Origin: Minutocellus sp. GHC0000111
Lineage: Eukaryota
Assembly: GCA_977018835.1 (NCBI GenBank)
Contig: OZ361260.1
Coordinates: 1,612,001-1,676,000 of the forward strand
Direction: 5' to 3'
Length of the DNA stretch: 64,000 nucleotides
The notes under the pieces are model-generated. The model made no database searches. It saw only the letters and a list, made by a program, of their open reading frames with translations, and was not told where the DNA came from. Below, piece by piece: positions 1 through 9,431 of this stretch; the stretch's first letter is position 1, and each line of letters begins with the position of its first letter. The translations under genes and the position numbers were made by a program.

Positions 1-1
1 A

Positions 2-3000
2 ATTCAGAGAGTTTCACCCCTCGTCCCTCTAGTTCATATTAAAAACGGAACGTTAGGTATAAAAGGTCACGTTTGTTCATTTCTTCAAGACGTTAACGAA
101 GTTGCCACTCGTCTGCCGAGGCTGCCTACTGAAGTGAAAGCAGTGAAAATGATTCGATCCTACAATGGTAGCAGCGAGGTCAACAACGTGAAAGTTTTCA
201 TCGTGAACCGCCATCGAGTAATGAGAGCACTTTGCTGGCTTGTCAGATTCCACCGTGACTACAAGAGAGCGTATGAATGTGGATAATTGACCATCGATCC
301 ATCTAGTCTCGATTGGATGGATGGAAATGACGAAACTACCCTTCCGTCTATTGTATTAACTAGAAAATGCGAAACTCAATCCGAACTAGACATCGATGAG
401 AACAGTGGAGTATCAAGAAAGCAATGCATTGAACCAGATGAAAGTAACGACGAATTCGAATCATCAGGAATATCCTGCCCCGAAAACGCTGCTTTGTCAT
501 CCGAAGCCAACGACAAAATCATCAGGTCGCTAAAGGAAGCAGCAAAAGAAGGAAAATCAAAGATTCCGGCACTGGATTGGCCCCAGCAGTCATCAGAGGC
601 AATATCTGAATTCGACGGATCAATTCGAATATTCGTGAATGCATTTCCACATCTATTTCCAGGAGGAATAGGTGATGCTTCCGAAGACAGTAGAAAAGTT
701 GCTATATCAATCGGGAAGTGGGCAAAACACATGCTTTTGTATACTGATGGAAGATTCGCCAGAGATCCCGTCTGGAGCTTCTTCGCTTATAATTTCTGCC
801 TCCGACAAAGGAACAAGGAGTCTGGATCAATTTTTGTAAATAGTGTTATATCTAGACCACCACTGTCGCTTGAAGAGTTACAGACTTCCTTAAGAAATGG
901 TGATACTTCATTCGTGAATAAAATGGCTTTCTACATCAAGCGAATCCGAGGATCCGATGCATACTGGCGACAAAAAAGAGCCGAGCTTTACAATTGGATA
1001 CATTATCACATCGGGGAAGGACATGGGGCACCTAATGGTTTCTTTACGCTTTCATGTGCAGAATACTTTTGGCCAGACATGATAAGACTACTCGAAGACA
1101 GAATATGGATAGCCGAAGGACGACATCGAAACGGTCCTGGTGCTAAAACCGAACGACACGGAAAAGAAATCGACTTAACGAATGACAGAAAAGCGAGAAA
1201 CAAGGCAGTTAATGACTACGCGATAGTCATCCAGGAATTCTTCATCCACCGGACAGAAGACTTTCTCAACACAGTTGGAAAAGATATGTTAGGAATAGAG
1301 CACTACTGGCTACGCTTTGAATTTGCTAAGGGAAGAGGGCAAATCCACGCACATATTCTGGTCATACTAAAGAAATTTCTACAGAATGAAATCCAACAAC
1401 AAGTCGACGCTGCGAAAGGAAATAGAGAAAAAGAAGCAAAAGCAGTGGCGAAATGGGCCGAAAAACATTTCGGAATGACAGCACAGTACAATAAAGAACA
1501 GGCAGAGAATGAGACAAAGTAAGTACGCAGTGTCCAAATTTTTCTCATTTACGTTTGTTGAACATTCGACATTAATAAATACCAATCCATCGAACTCCTA
1601 CAATTTTACCAGGCAAGCATCGACGATCAGACTTGCAGATGTTACGGACTACAGAAAGGATGAGGCTAAACTATGCGAAGAATGCATGATGCACACATGC
1701 AGTGGATATTGCATGAGACATCCAAAAGGAAAGAAGAAGAAGAAAAGATGCTGCCGTGCTGGGGCCGGAGAAGAAAAAACAAAGAATAGAAACGACACTC
1801 CTGGTTTCCCAATGCGGGATGCTCCAGCTATTACTCACGACCACAGGGGATTTCTGAAACTCGAGATGCCACGGAATCATCCGCGTTTGGTCCAAGCTCC
1901 GCTAACAATTTTGAGAGGTTGGAGAGGTAATTGCGACTTTAAAATCCTGTTGTACAAATCCACGAATGGAAAACCACATCCCGAAGAAATATCAACAGTG
2001 ACCGACTATGTCGTCGCTTACCAATGCAAAGGAAATGAGAGAATCCAAGCTGAAATACAACTTCTCCGCGATTTTGCCTTAAAGTGAGTATGAATTAGTA
2101 TTTGTATATTTTATGCTTCAATCTCAAACTAACAACGAGACTGCATGTTTTTATTATTATTTGAGAAAAGCGCTGAAACGATGACTGGGACAACAGCAGA
2201 CGTCATCAGAGTGTCTCGACAAATGCTCAACCGATCAATTGCAAGCAGAACAATTCCAAAGCAAGAGTGTATGGTCGAACTAGCGGAACTCCCGCTAGTC
2301 TTAAGTTCCGACACAACCGAAACAATAAACCTGTCAGGGAGTTACAAGATTAAATCGGATACTCACAGAGACTTAGTGTCCCAATATCGAAAAATCGCAA
2401 AGAGCAATCCGACAATGTCACTACACGATTACGTTCGTAAGGCAATCAACGAGAAAAAGAGATCAGTGAAAAACGGAAAAATGAAATACAAAAACGTAAT
2501 CCCGCATTACGTTGGGGCAAACGGTCAGCCGAAATACCCACCAACAAAAGAATACGCGATGGCAATTCTCATAGTACACAAACCATGGGAAGACAGCAAG
2601 CCAAAAAGAAGGAACGGAGCACAAGATTGGATCGACGAATTCAAAGAATTTGTCACATCAGAAGCGTGTCCAGAATTCGTGAAAATGGAATACGCACGAG
2701 TAAAAGAAAGAGCCGAGAGCAAGAGGCCATCCGAAGCGATATCATCAGAGGAGTGCTACGACTACGAGACACAAGCAGATGTTGACGACTCAACCAAAGA
2801 TCTTTTAAATATCATCACGACTCAAACACTGGCCACAGACCCGTTTTTAAATGTCCACGACCAAAAAATCAATAAAGGCCTACATTACGACTGGTCCGAA
2901 AGAATGTCAGTAAGTCATTTATACCTGATTTATTTTCGTCGAATATTCAACAAACATAAATGACAAAAATACATCCAACAAGGGAAATTTTTTGTTCGAC

Positions 3001-4926
3001 ACAACATCCGATATTTTTTTTAATTCTATCACGCATTTTTTTTTAAAAAAAGACTAGGGATCCTTCATACCTAGGAGAGTCGTGGCTCGATGAATTAACA
3101 CAGGGCTACCAAGCAGACCTCTCTGCCAAGCAGAGGGTAAGGCCTTTCACGATGACCCTCGACGGTGAAGTGACAAACATCACCATAGACCACGTGAAAG
3201 ATGACCAACTCGACGTGATTTTATTGGTAGTGGAAAACATAAAGAAATGGATAGAAAGCGCAAAGGGAATCAACAAAAAGGATGCTAAAGAGTACAAGCC
3301 CCTTAGAATGACCGTAAGGGGAGCAGCAGGATCAGGTAAGAGTTTCTTCATTAAGGCCCTGGTAAACTAACCCTAACCCTAATGTCAGAGAGATGTTTGG
3401 CGATCAAAACGCAGTTCACATATCTGCGCCGACAGGAGCAGCAGCTCACAACGTCGGCGGCGAAACGATACACAGGAAATTCCAAGTAAATCCACACAGG
3501 CCAGAAAATGATATTGGTAAGGAGGCGAAAGCTCGATTAAAGGAAACGAAAAGAAGAACAGTGGTCGAGATAATCGACGAGAGAAGCATGCTGACATGTA
3601 AAGTCGTGGGAGCAGCAGAAAGGCACACTGCAGAAGCAGCTCATGGAGGTTCCCACGCTAATGAAGACTGGGGTGGCATACCAGTGGTTGTATTTGTAGG
3701 CGACGACTACCAACTACCACCGCCAACAAATGTAGAGAAAGGAGCTTTCGATCTGATGGACAGCAAGACATCATTTTCACAACAAAAGCTAGGCGACGCA
3801 TCATTTGGATCACAACTCCTAATGAACATGTCAGAAAAATGCGTAGAGCTTAGATCAGTAAAACGTCAAAATGGAACACAGTCGAAGTTCAAGGAAGTGC
3901 TACAGAATCTAAGAACAGGAGACCCCACACACGACGATGCATCCTAAATGAAGTTACATCTGGCAAACCTAACTCAAGCGGAGACAGAGGAAATGGAAAA
4001 GGACAAAGTAGTAATGCACATGTTCGCCACAAAAGCGCCACGAGACGAGTACAACATGAGAGGAAACTAAGTGAAAACGCATCCGACAGAAACCCCGCGG
4101 CACTAGTTAAAGCTTCATGGAAAACAAGCAGACGAGCAAACCTACAGTCCATCGCCCAGCACTTTGACAACCCACCAGATGCAGCAACTTTAATGTGCAG
4201 CAGAGGGTCTGTGGTGGTCAGAATCACAGGGAAAAATTTCGAGCCAGACTTTGGACTGTTCAACAACGCCATCGGAACTGTAGAAGAAATAGTGTTCAAA
4301 CCAGGGAAAGACCCAAACAATGGGGACCAACCGAGTTATGTAGCTGTGAGGTTTGAAGGATGCAGCGGGCCAGCATGGGACGAGTTGGAACCAAAAATAG
4401 TCCCAATTCCAATGGTGACAAGAAGATGCAACAAAGGATGCTGCGAAGTGACATGCTGCCCACTAAGCCTCTCATACGGAGTGACAGCCCACACATTCCA
4501 GGGGCAATCAGCAGGACCAGTGGATGAAGGCCAACCAAAAAATGCAGTAGATTGTGTAGTGTTCTATGTCCAGGAAACAACAAATTCGAAGGAAACAACC
4601 CCGGCTTGTTGCACATGGGAACATCAAGAGCTACGACATCAGGAACAGGAAGACTAGACTCAGCACTATATATTTTCAGGACAAGACATGAATACATACA
4701 GAGTCATAGGACTTAAATACCAACGAGACGGAAAAACACCACACAAGAAAGTGCAACTGAGACAAAAATGGATGATAGAAAGACTAGACAAAAAAACACC
4801 ATTAGACCAAGTTGGGACAACAAAGAAAAAGAAGAACTAATCACATGGGCAAAGACGTTCCGAATGAGCACCAACAACCTAGAAGACATTTTAAGCATGA
4901 AAGAATGGAGAGCATGCAAAGCATAA
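2..4926 (+). pseudogene. Helitron RepHel polyprotein (N-terminal DUF6570-like region, HUH Rep, Pif1 helicase) with three introns and several lesions
   Basis: KGHVCSFLQDVNEVATRLPRLP near the start; GAAGSGKS, SAPTGAAA, IIDERSM, GDDYQLPP, TAHTFQGQS. Frame-restoring GT-AG introns at 1519-1612, 2084-2170 and 2910-3052. In-frame stops at 284-286, 3368-3370 and 3945-3947; frameshifts near 3380, 4060 and 4565. Confidence 0.88.
3367..3382. repeat. Interstitial telomeric repeat (CCCTAA)n inside the helicase ORF
   Basis: CTAACCCTAACCCTAA read directly. Confidence 0.75.
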
Positions 4927-5236
4927 AGCGATGACTCCCGTGTTTACTAATAATGCTGAATATTCAACAAAACAAAAATAAAGTGTCAGACTATGACGTC
5001 ATACAGAAATCAAATACAGGGGAACATCCGGGGAAAAAGTAAGCCGGCACGAGCCTCCAGTTCATTCAACAATAGTGAGCTACAAAAATAAGCGTCGTAT
5101 ATTTAACATCTTAAAATCGTATAAGTATGGAACTATAATTGCAGCAGGGAAGACATAATTGCTAAAATGGCCCAAGGTCCCCCCAACACAACCAACGAAC
5201 GACAAAACAGAGGGCACCCGGGCCCATTCCGCCACC

Positions 5237-6592
5237 ATGGTCAGCGGCCGCCACGTGCTGCGCAATCGGCCGATAACATCATTGAGCAGTAGCGATAGGC
5301 TTGAACAGTGTGCCAATGGCGATGGCTGTAATGGAAAGGAGAGAAACAGTAATCGTCGCGGACCAAATCTCACCTATGATGCAGACAAGTCCATACCGCC
5401 ACCGGCCAGAAGGTCAATGGTGGTTGCCCCCATCGCAGCAGTGACGGCGATGTGTGCAGCAATTATATCTCATGTGCGTGGTCGATATCGGCAACAGAAT
5501 TCATGCGTTCGTACGCTGGTGCTTGTAGCAGCAGTCCTGGTCGCATTCTCTTTGCTGTTGGCGCTGCTCGATGCCCTCTTCTCAACAGTTGGAATCGCTT
5601 CTTCGGCCTCCCCTGAGGCAGCAGCAGCCACATCCTCATTTGCCGTGGTGATTAACACATACAAACGACCAGATCGATTGCGCGATGCAGTCTTGCACTA
5701 TGCCGACACATGTGGCACTAAGTATAAAGTGGGACAGGTTTTTGTGGTCTGGTCCGAACTTGGTGTCGATCCACCGTCTGTGAAATCATTCTTCTCTTCA
5801 CATGGAATTGGTGTTCGGGGAGGGCATTCATCCACTCTCTCGGTGGAAGGAACCGATGTGTATTCAAAAATAAGACGATCTGAGGTTGCAATAATTAGAT
5901 CGGAGAAGGATTCTCTCAACAGTCGATTCCTACCAATAAACAATCTCCAATCTGATGCAATATTCATGGTCGACGACGATGTGCGGGTCGACTGTTCATC
6001 TCTTCTTCAAGGCTTTCGAGCCTGGCAATCCAGTCCTAATTCCATGGTGGGATACTATCCTCGACTGGCTTCGTCGCCGTTGTATTCTGGAGCTTCTTCC
6101 AATTCTGCGGCTGGGAGCAAACGATTGGTCTACCATACTTTTCCAGTTGTCTTTTTGCGAGGTCTGTTTAATATGATTTTGACCAAGGCTTGCTTTCTTC
6201 ATTCCAAGTATCTTGACTTGTATTCTGGCGATATCCACCCACAAGAGATTCGAGATTACATTGACCAACACAAGAATTGTGAGGATGTGGCCATGTCATT
6301 GCTGGTTGCCAACGCTACAAGAAATACAGACGCTGCGCCAATTTATGTGGAGGGCTCTGTGACCGACACAGGTCTCTTTGGTGGAATCAGCACTGGGACG
6401 GGTCATATGCGAACATGGTCTGATTGTCTCGACGATATAACGCGCATCTACTCAGAGCATGGGTGGGATATGCCTCTCATTGATGTGCCTTTGTCGGAAA
6501 GATCGTGGCGTCGGCATTATCCTGGGTGGAGATACCAGATTCGGCCGAGCAACGTCTTTGAGTGGTTCAGCTTTGGAAACCTTTTGACTTGA
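5237..6592 (+). CDS. Glycosyltransferase family 64 (EXTL2/EPC1-like), type II membrane protein
   Basis: FAVVINTYKR, DSLNSRFLP, DAIFMVDDD, NCEDVAM motifs; N-terminal TM segments; gccaccATGG start context at 5237. Confidence 0.88.
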   Translation: MVSGRHVLRNRPITSLSSSDRLEQCANGDGCNGKERNSNRRGPNLTYDADKSIPPPARRSMVVAPIAAVTAMCAAIISHVRGRYRQQNSCVRTLVLVAAVLVAFSLLLALLDALFSTVGIASSASPEAAAATSSFAVVINTYKRPDRLRDAVLHYADTCGTKYKVGQVFVVWSELGVDPPSVKSFFSSHGIGVRGGHSSTLSVEGTDVYSKIRRSEVAIIRSEKDSLNSRFLPINNLQSDAIFMVDDDVRVDCSSLLQGFRAWQSSPNSMVGYYPRLASSPLYSGASSNSAAGSKRLVYHTFPVVFLRGLFNMILTKACFLHSKYLDLYSGDIHPQEIRDYIDQHKNCEDVAMSLLVANATRNTDAAPIYVEGSVTDTGLFGGISTGTGHMRTWSDCLDDITRIYSEHGWDMPLIDVPLSERSWRRHYPGWRYQIRPSNVFEWFSFGNLLT

Positions 6593-6644
6593 GGCAGAGT
6601 TTGGTGGTGCAAAGTATCCATTATTTTATGATTGAACATACTAC

Positions 6645-7802
6645 TCAATCTTCAAAAGAGAGCTGGCAGCATGAATCGAGCATTTCCAGACATAGGACCT
6701 TCAGTAGATTTGTGCAGACTTGGCGAGATGGTGAATTCTCGTTCCTTGCCACTGCGGTCAATAGGACAATGAGCGCTTGGGCGTCAGCCATCATCTTTCG
6801 GCACTCCTTGTGGAAGGATGCATTGAAGAGAAGACGAACGACGTGGTCAGCAATGATGGCCTTCTCTTCGGTGTCGTCATCGGCATCCGCATCAGTGCTC
6901 TCTATGGCAACATGAATGATTGACTTGAGATACTTCCCATCGTTCTGAGACAGCTCTTCCACAACCTCCTCGAACATACTGGCCTTGCGAAGCAATAGGA
7001 GTGATCGGACGACGCAATCCGTCGTCTTGCAAACAAGACAGGCAAAGAGCGGCGTCAGAAGTTGTCCGCTCTTGAACATTTTACGACGCACGTCCACATC
7101 ATCTGCCAGATTGTCCAGTATAGCCAGGCAGAGACTGATTATCTGCTCCTGGTTGGAGCTCAAGGCGCTCCGTCGATTGGAGGAAGATGAAGGTGCACTG
7201 CCACTAGCCGTTGTTGTTGTTGTGGTACATTTGCTGCTGCTGCTGCTGCCGCGCGTGATGGCATCGGCGTCGGTATCGGTACCATCAGTCTCATCGGCAC
7301 CAAATGACAATGATTGATCGTCCCTCGTCTCCTCGCCGCTGCCATCAGCCTCGTCCTCGTTCCTAGCACTATCGATACGAGCTCGCTTGACGTTACATGT
7401 ACGGATAAGATGATCCATGAGGGCGCTACCAATTCCATGGGACAGGAGTAGCGGGTGGTAATCAGGGAACAAGGATAGATGGAAGAAGATTTGGCATAGA
7501 TCGCTTGATACACAACCCTCGCGCAACATTCTCGCAAGAGCGGATAAAAGCTGGTTGTTGTCTGCTAGCAGCTGAAGAGTCTTGGGGTGCTTGCTTGCTT
7601 CGTCGGCGTCGGTATCACCCATGTCAGATCTGAGAAGAGAGGCGGTGTGTTTGATTTCTTCCATTCTCTTTTCTCCATTCGGCGAATACAAGTGGTCGAT
7701 GCAGATCGAGCTGCCGTCACCATCTTCTGGTGTTGAGGTGCTGTTGCTTGCATTGGCCTCATCAAGCCACTTTCGGCTGTTTTGGTTGATGAAGGAGCTC
7801 AT
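6645..7802 (-). CDS. KIFAP3: Kinesin-associated protein 3 (KAP/FLA3)-like, short C-terminally truncated form
   Basis: NQLLSALARMLRE, QEQIISLCLAILDNLADD, LLLLRKASMFEE and VRLLFNASF match the KAP ARM region. Start chosen at MSSFINQ; the ORF upstream of it is mostly antisense to IFT52. Confidence 0.72.
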   Translation of the reverse strand: MSSFINQNSRKWLDEANASNSTSTPEDGDGSSICIDHLYSPNGEKRMEEIKHTASLLRSDMGDTDADEASKHPKTLQLLADNNQLLSALARMLREGCVSSDLCQIFFHLSLFPDYHPLLLSHGIGSALMDHLIRTCNVKRARIDSARNEDEADGSGEETRDDQSLSFGADETDGTDTDADAITRGSSSSSKCTTTTTTASGSAPSSSSNRRSALSSNQEQIISLCLAILDNLADDVDVRRKMFKSGQLLTPLFACLVCKTTDCVVRSLLLLRKASMFEEVVEELSQNDGKYLKSIIHVAIESTDADADDDTEEKAIIADHVVRLLFNASFHKECRKMMADAQALIVLLTAVARNENSPSRQVCTNLLKVLCLEMLDSCCQLSFED

Positions 7803-7961
7803 CGAGAGAAAAGTTGCATGGTTACGGCATAATCTGACACGATCGTACAGTGTCTCGGTATCGTTTTCTAGTTTCAAATAATTGGGGCTTTTTTGAAAAC
7901 ACTGCCGTAGAAAGCAAGCGTTTGAAAAAAATGGAGGAGATTTCATACGCACAGCTACTTT

Positions 7962-9239
7962 ATGGTTGCTATGGATACTACTGCCGCCGCCGCCGCCGCC
8001 GCTGCTGAACCTCCCACGGTCGTCTTCCGCGGCAAAACGTCGTCCCTGAGAAGGCTTCGTCATACTCTCGCAAAGACGTGCCAAGTTATCGTTGGAGACG
8101 ACGCTGCCAGCGACAGAGACAATGCCAACGCCAGCGTCATTGTTGTTTGCGGCGATGCCAACTCCGTCTCGTCGGATGAAGCAGAGCAGCACCTGGCCTC
8201 GGGTGGATCCATCCTCTTTCTCCTCTCTGGCACCAGCTCGAGCCATCAGGTCCCCGCCTTCCTTCGAAAGGTTGTCGGTATCACGGTCAACGAGGACACT
8301 GTCGTTGGTCTTTCTCACAACACAGGCGCCGACGGCCTTCACCCTAGACATGTTCGCATCGTTGCCAATGGGGCTGCTCACACCGATATCATCGATGCCG
8401 GAGTTCGATCCATTGTCTACCCCGAGGGAATGACCCTACGATCTGCTCAGAATTCTACCGCTGTGACGATTCTCTCTTCTGGACCTGAAACGTTGCCGAC
8501 CAACCGCCCCATAGCGATGGCTTGGGAGCAGCCAAGTACCGGTGGTAGGGTGGTTGCAGTCGGATCATCGTCCATATTTTCCGACGGCTTCCTCAAGAAG
8601 GAAGGCAACGGCCAGATGTGCAATGCCATCTTCCAGTACCTACTCAAAAGTACTGACCAGATCACGTTCAAGAGGATGACTGCTAGTTGCAGCATCACAA
8701 TCGAAGATGACCAGTCTCGCCCCGACATTGCCGCGCTGGCCAACCGCATCAAGCCCTGCTTGGGCAGACTCGATCCTCTGCCCCAGGACCTTACCGAGCT
8801 GTACTGCGATGACAATCTGTTTGGATTTGACACCGATACCGTCAGTGATCTATATCAAGCGATGGATGTCCCAAGAGAGCCCCTCCAGCTCATCCAGCCC
8901 GAGTTCGAGATCGTCATGCCACCCTTACGGCCGGCCGTATTTTCTCCTCAGATTGAGCTACCTCCTCCGACACTCGAGCTGTTCAATCTCGATGAGGAAT
9001 GTACCGACCGCCACACCAAGCTAGGTCAGCTCACCAACGAGTGTTTGAATGAGGGCACTTCGGCCGAAGAGTTTATTCAGAGAGCCGGTGCGATTCTCGG
9101 TGTGGCCGGTGGTCCAGGCAAGGTGCCCCCAAATAATGGGAAGGCTGTTCTCATCCGAATCTTTGGTCGGATTGTTGATGCCCAAATAGGGGCCGAGGAT
9201 CGCCTGCCTGCATTGCACGTGGATACTCGTGCATTCTAG
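7962..9239 (+). CDS. IFT52: Intraflagellar transport protein 52
   Basis: GGSILFLL, IVYPEG, LSSGP..PTNRPI, GSSSIFSD, PDIAALANRIKPCL, LIQPEFEIVMPPLRPAVF, PPPTLELFNLDEE. Confidence 0.88.
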   Translation: MVAMDTTAAAAAAAAEPPTVVFRGKTSSLRRLRHTLAKTCQVIVGDDAASDRDNANASVIVVCGDANSVSSDEAEQHLASGGSILFLLSGTSSSHQVPAFLRKVVGITVNEDTVVGLSHNTGADGLHPRHVRIVANGAAHTDIIDAGVRSIVYPEGMTLRSAQNSTAVTILSSGPETLPTNRPIAMAWEQPSTGGRVVAVGSSSIFSDGFLKKEGNGQMCNAIFQYLLKSTDQITFKRMTASCSITIEDDQSRPDIAALANRIKPCLGRLDPLPQDLTELYCDDNLFGFDTDTVSDLYQAMDVPREPLQLIQPEFEIVMPPLRPAVFSPQIELPPPTLELFNLDEECTDRHTKLGQLTNECLNEGTSAEEFIQRAGAILGVAGGPGKVPPNNGKAVLIRIFGRIVDAQIGAEDRLPALHVDTRAF

Positions 9240-9431
9240 AAGTAGGTATGTGGAGGGGACTCACTCTACTTGCGCCACTACTAACTTTCTTACTTGATGA
9301 ACTTTACGAAATAATGAGAATTTAGTTGTTTACAATTGCTGCATTGTATTGAATCCCCCCTACAAGAGTCTAGCTCGTACTACGTAGTGCGCTACTAGCT
9401 AGACATGATTTTTTGGTCTCGTTTCACGGCA

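Larger units (their letters stand above)
1..5060 (+). mobile_element. Helitron-type rolling-circle transposon, decayed; 5' part lies outside the window
   Basis: Rep motifs (RIRGSDAYW, FFTLSCAE, RFEFAKGRGQIHAH = HUH) followed by Pif1 helicase motifs. The 3' end is tentative: CCAG|T at 5057-5061, about 10 bp after a weak CCGG..CCGG stem. Confidence 0.85.

Noticed and set aside
7803..8381. N-terminal 190 aa of the 578-aa minus ORF
   Set aside because: Mostly an antisense shadow of IFT52; KAP similarity starts only downstream of about 7802.
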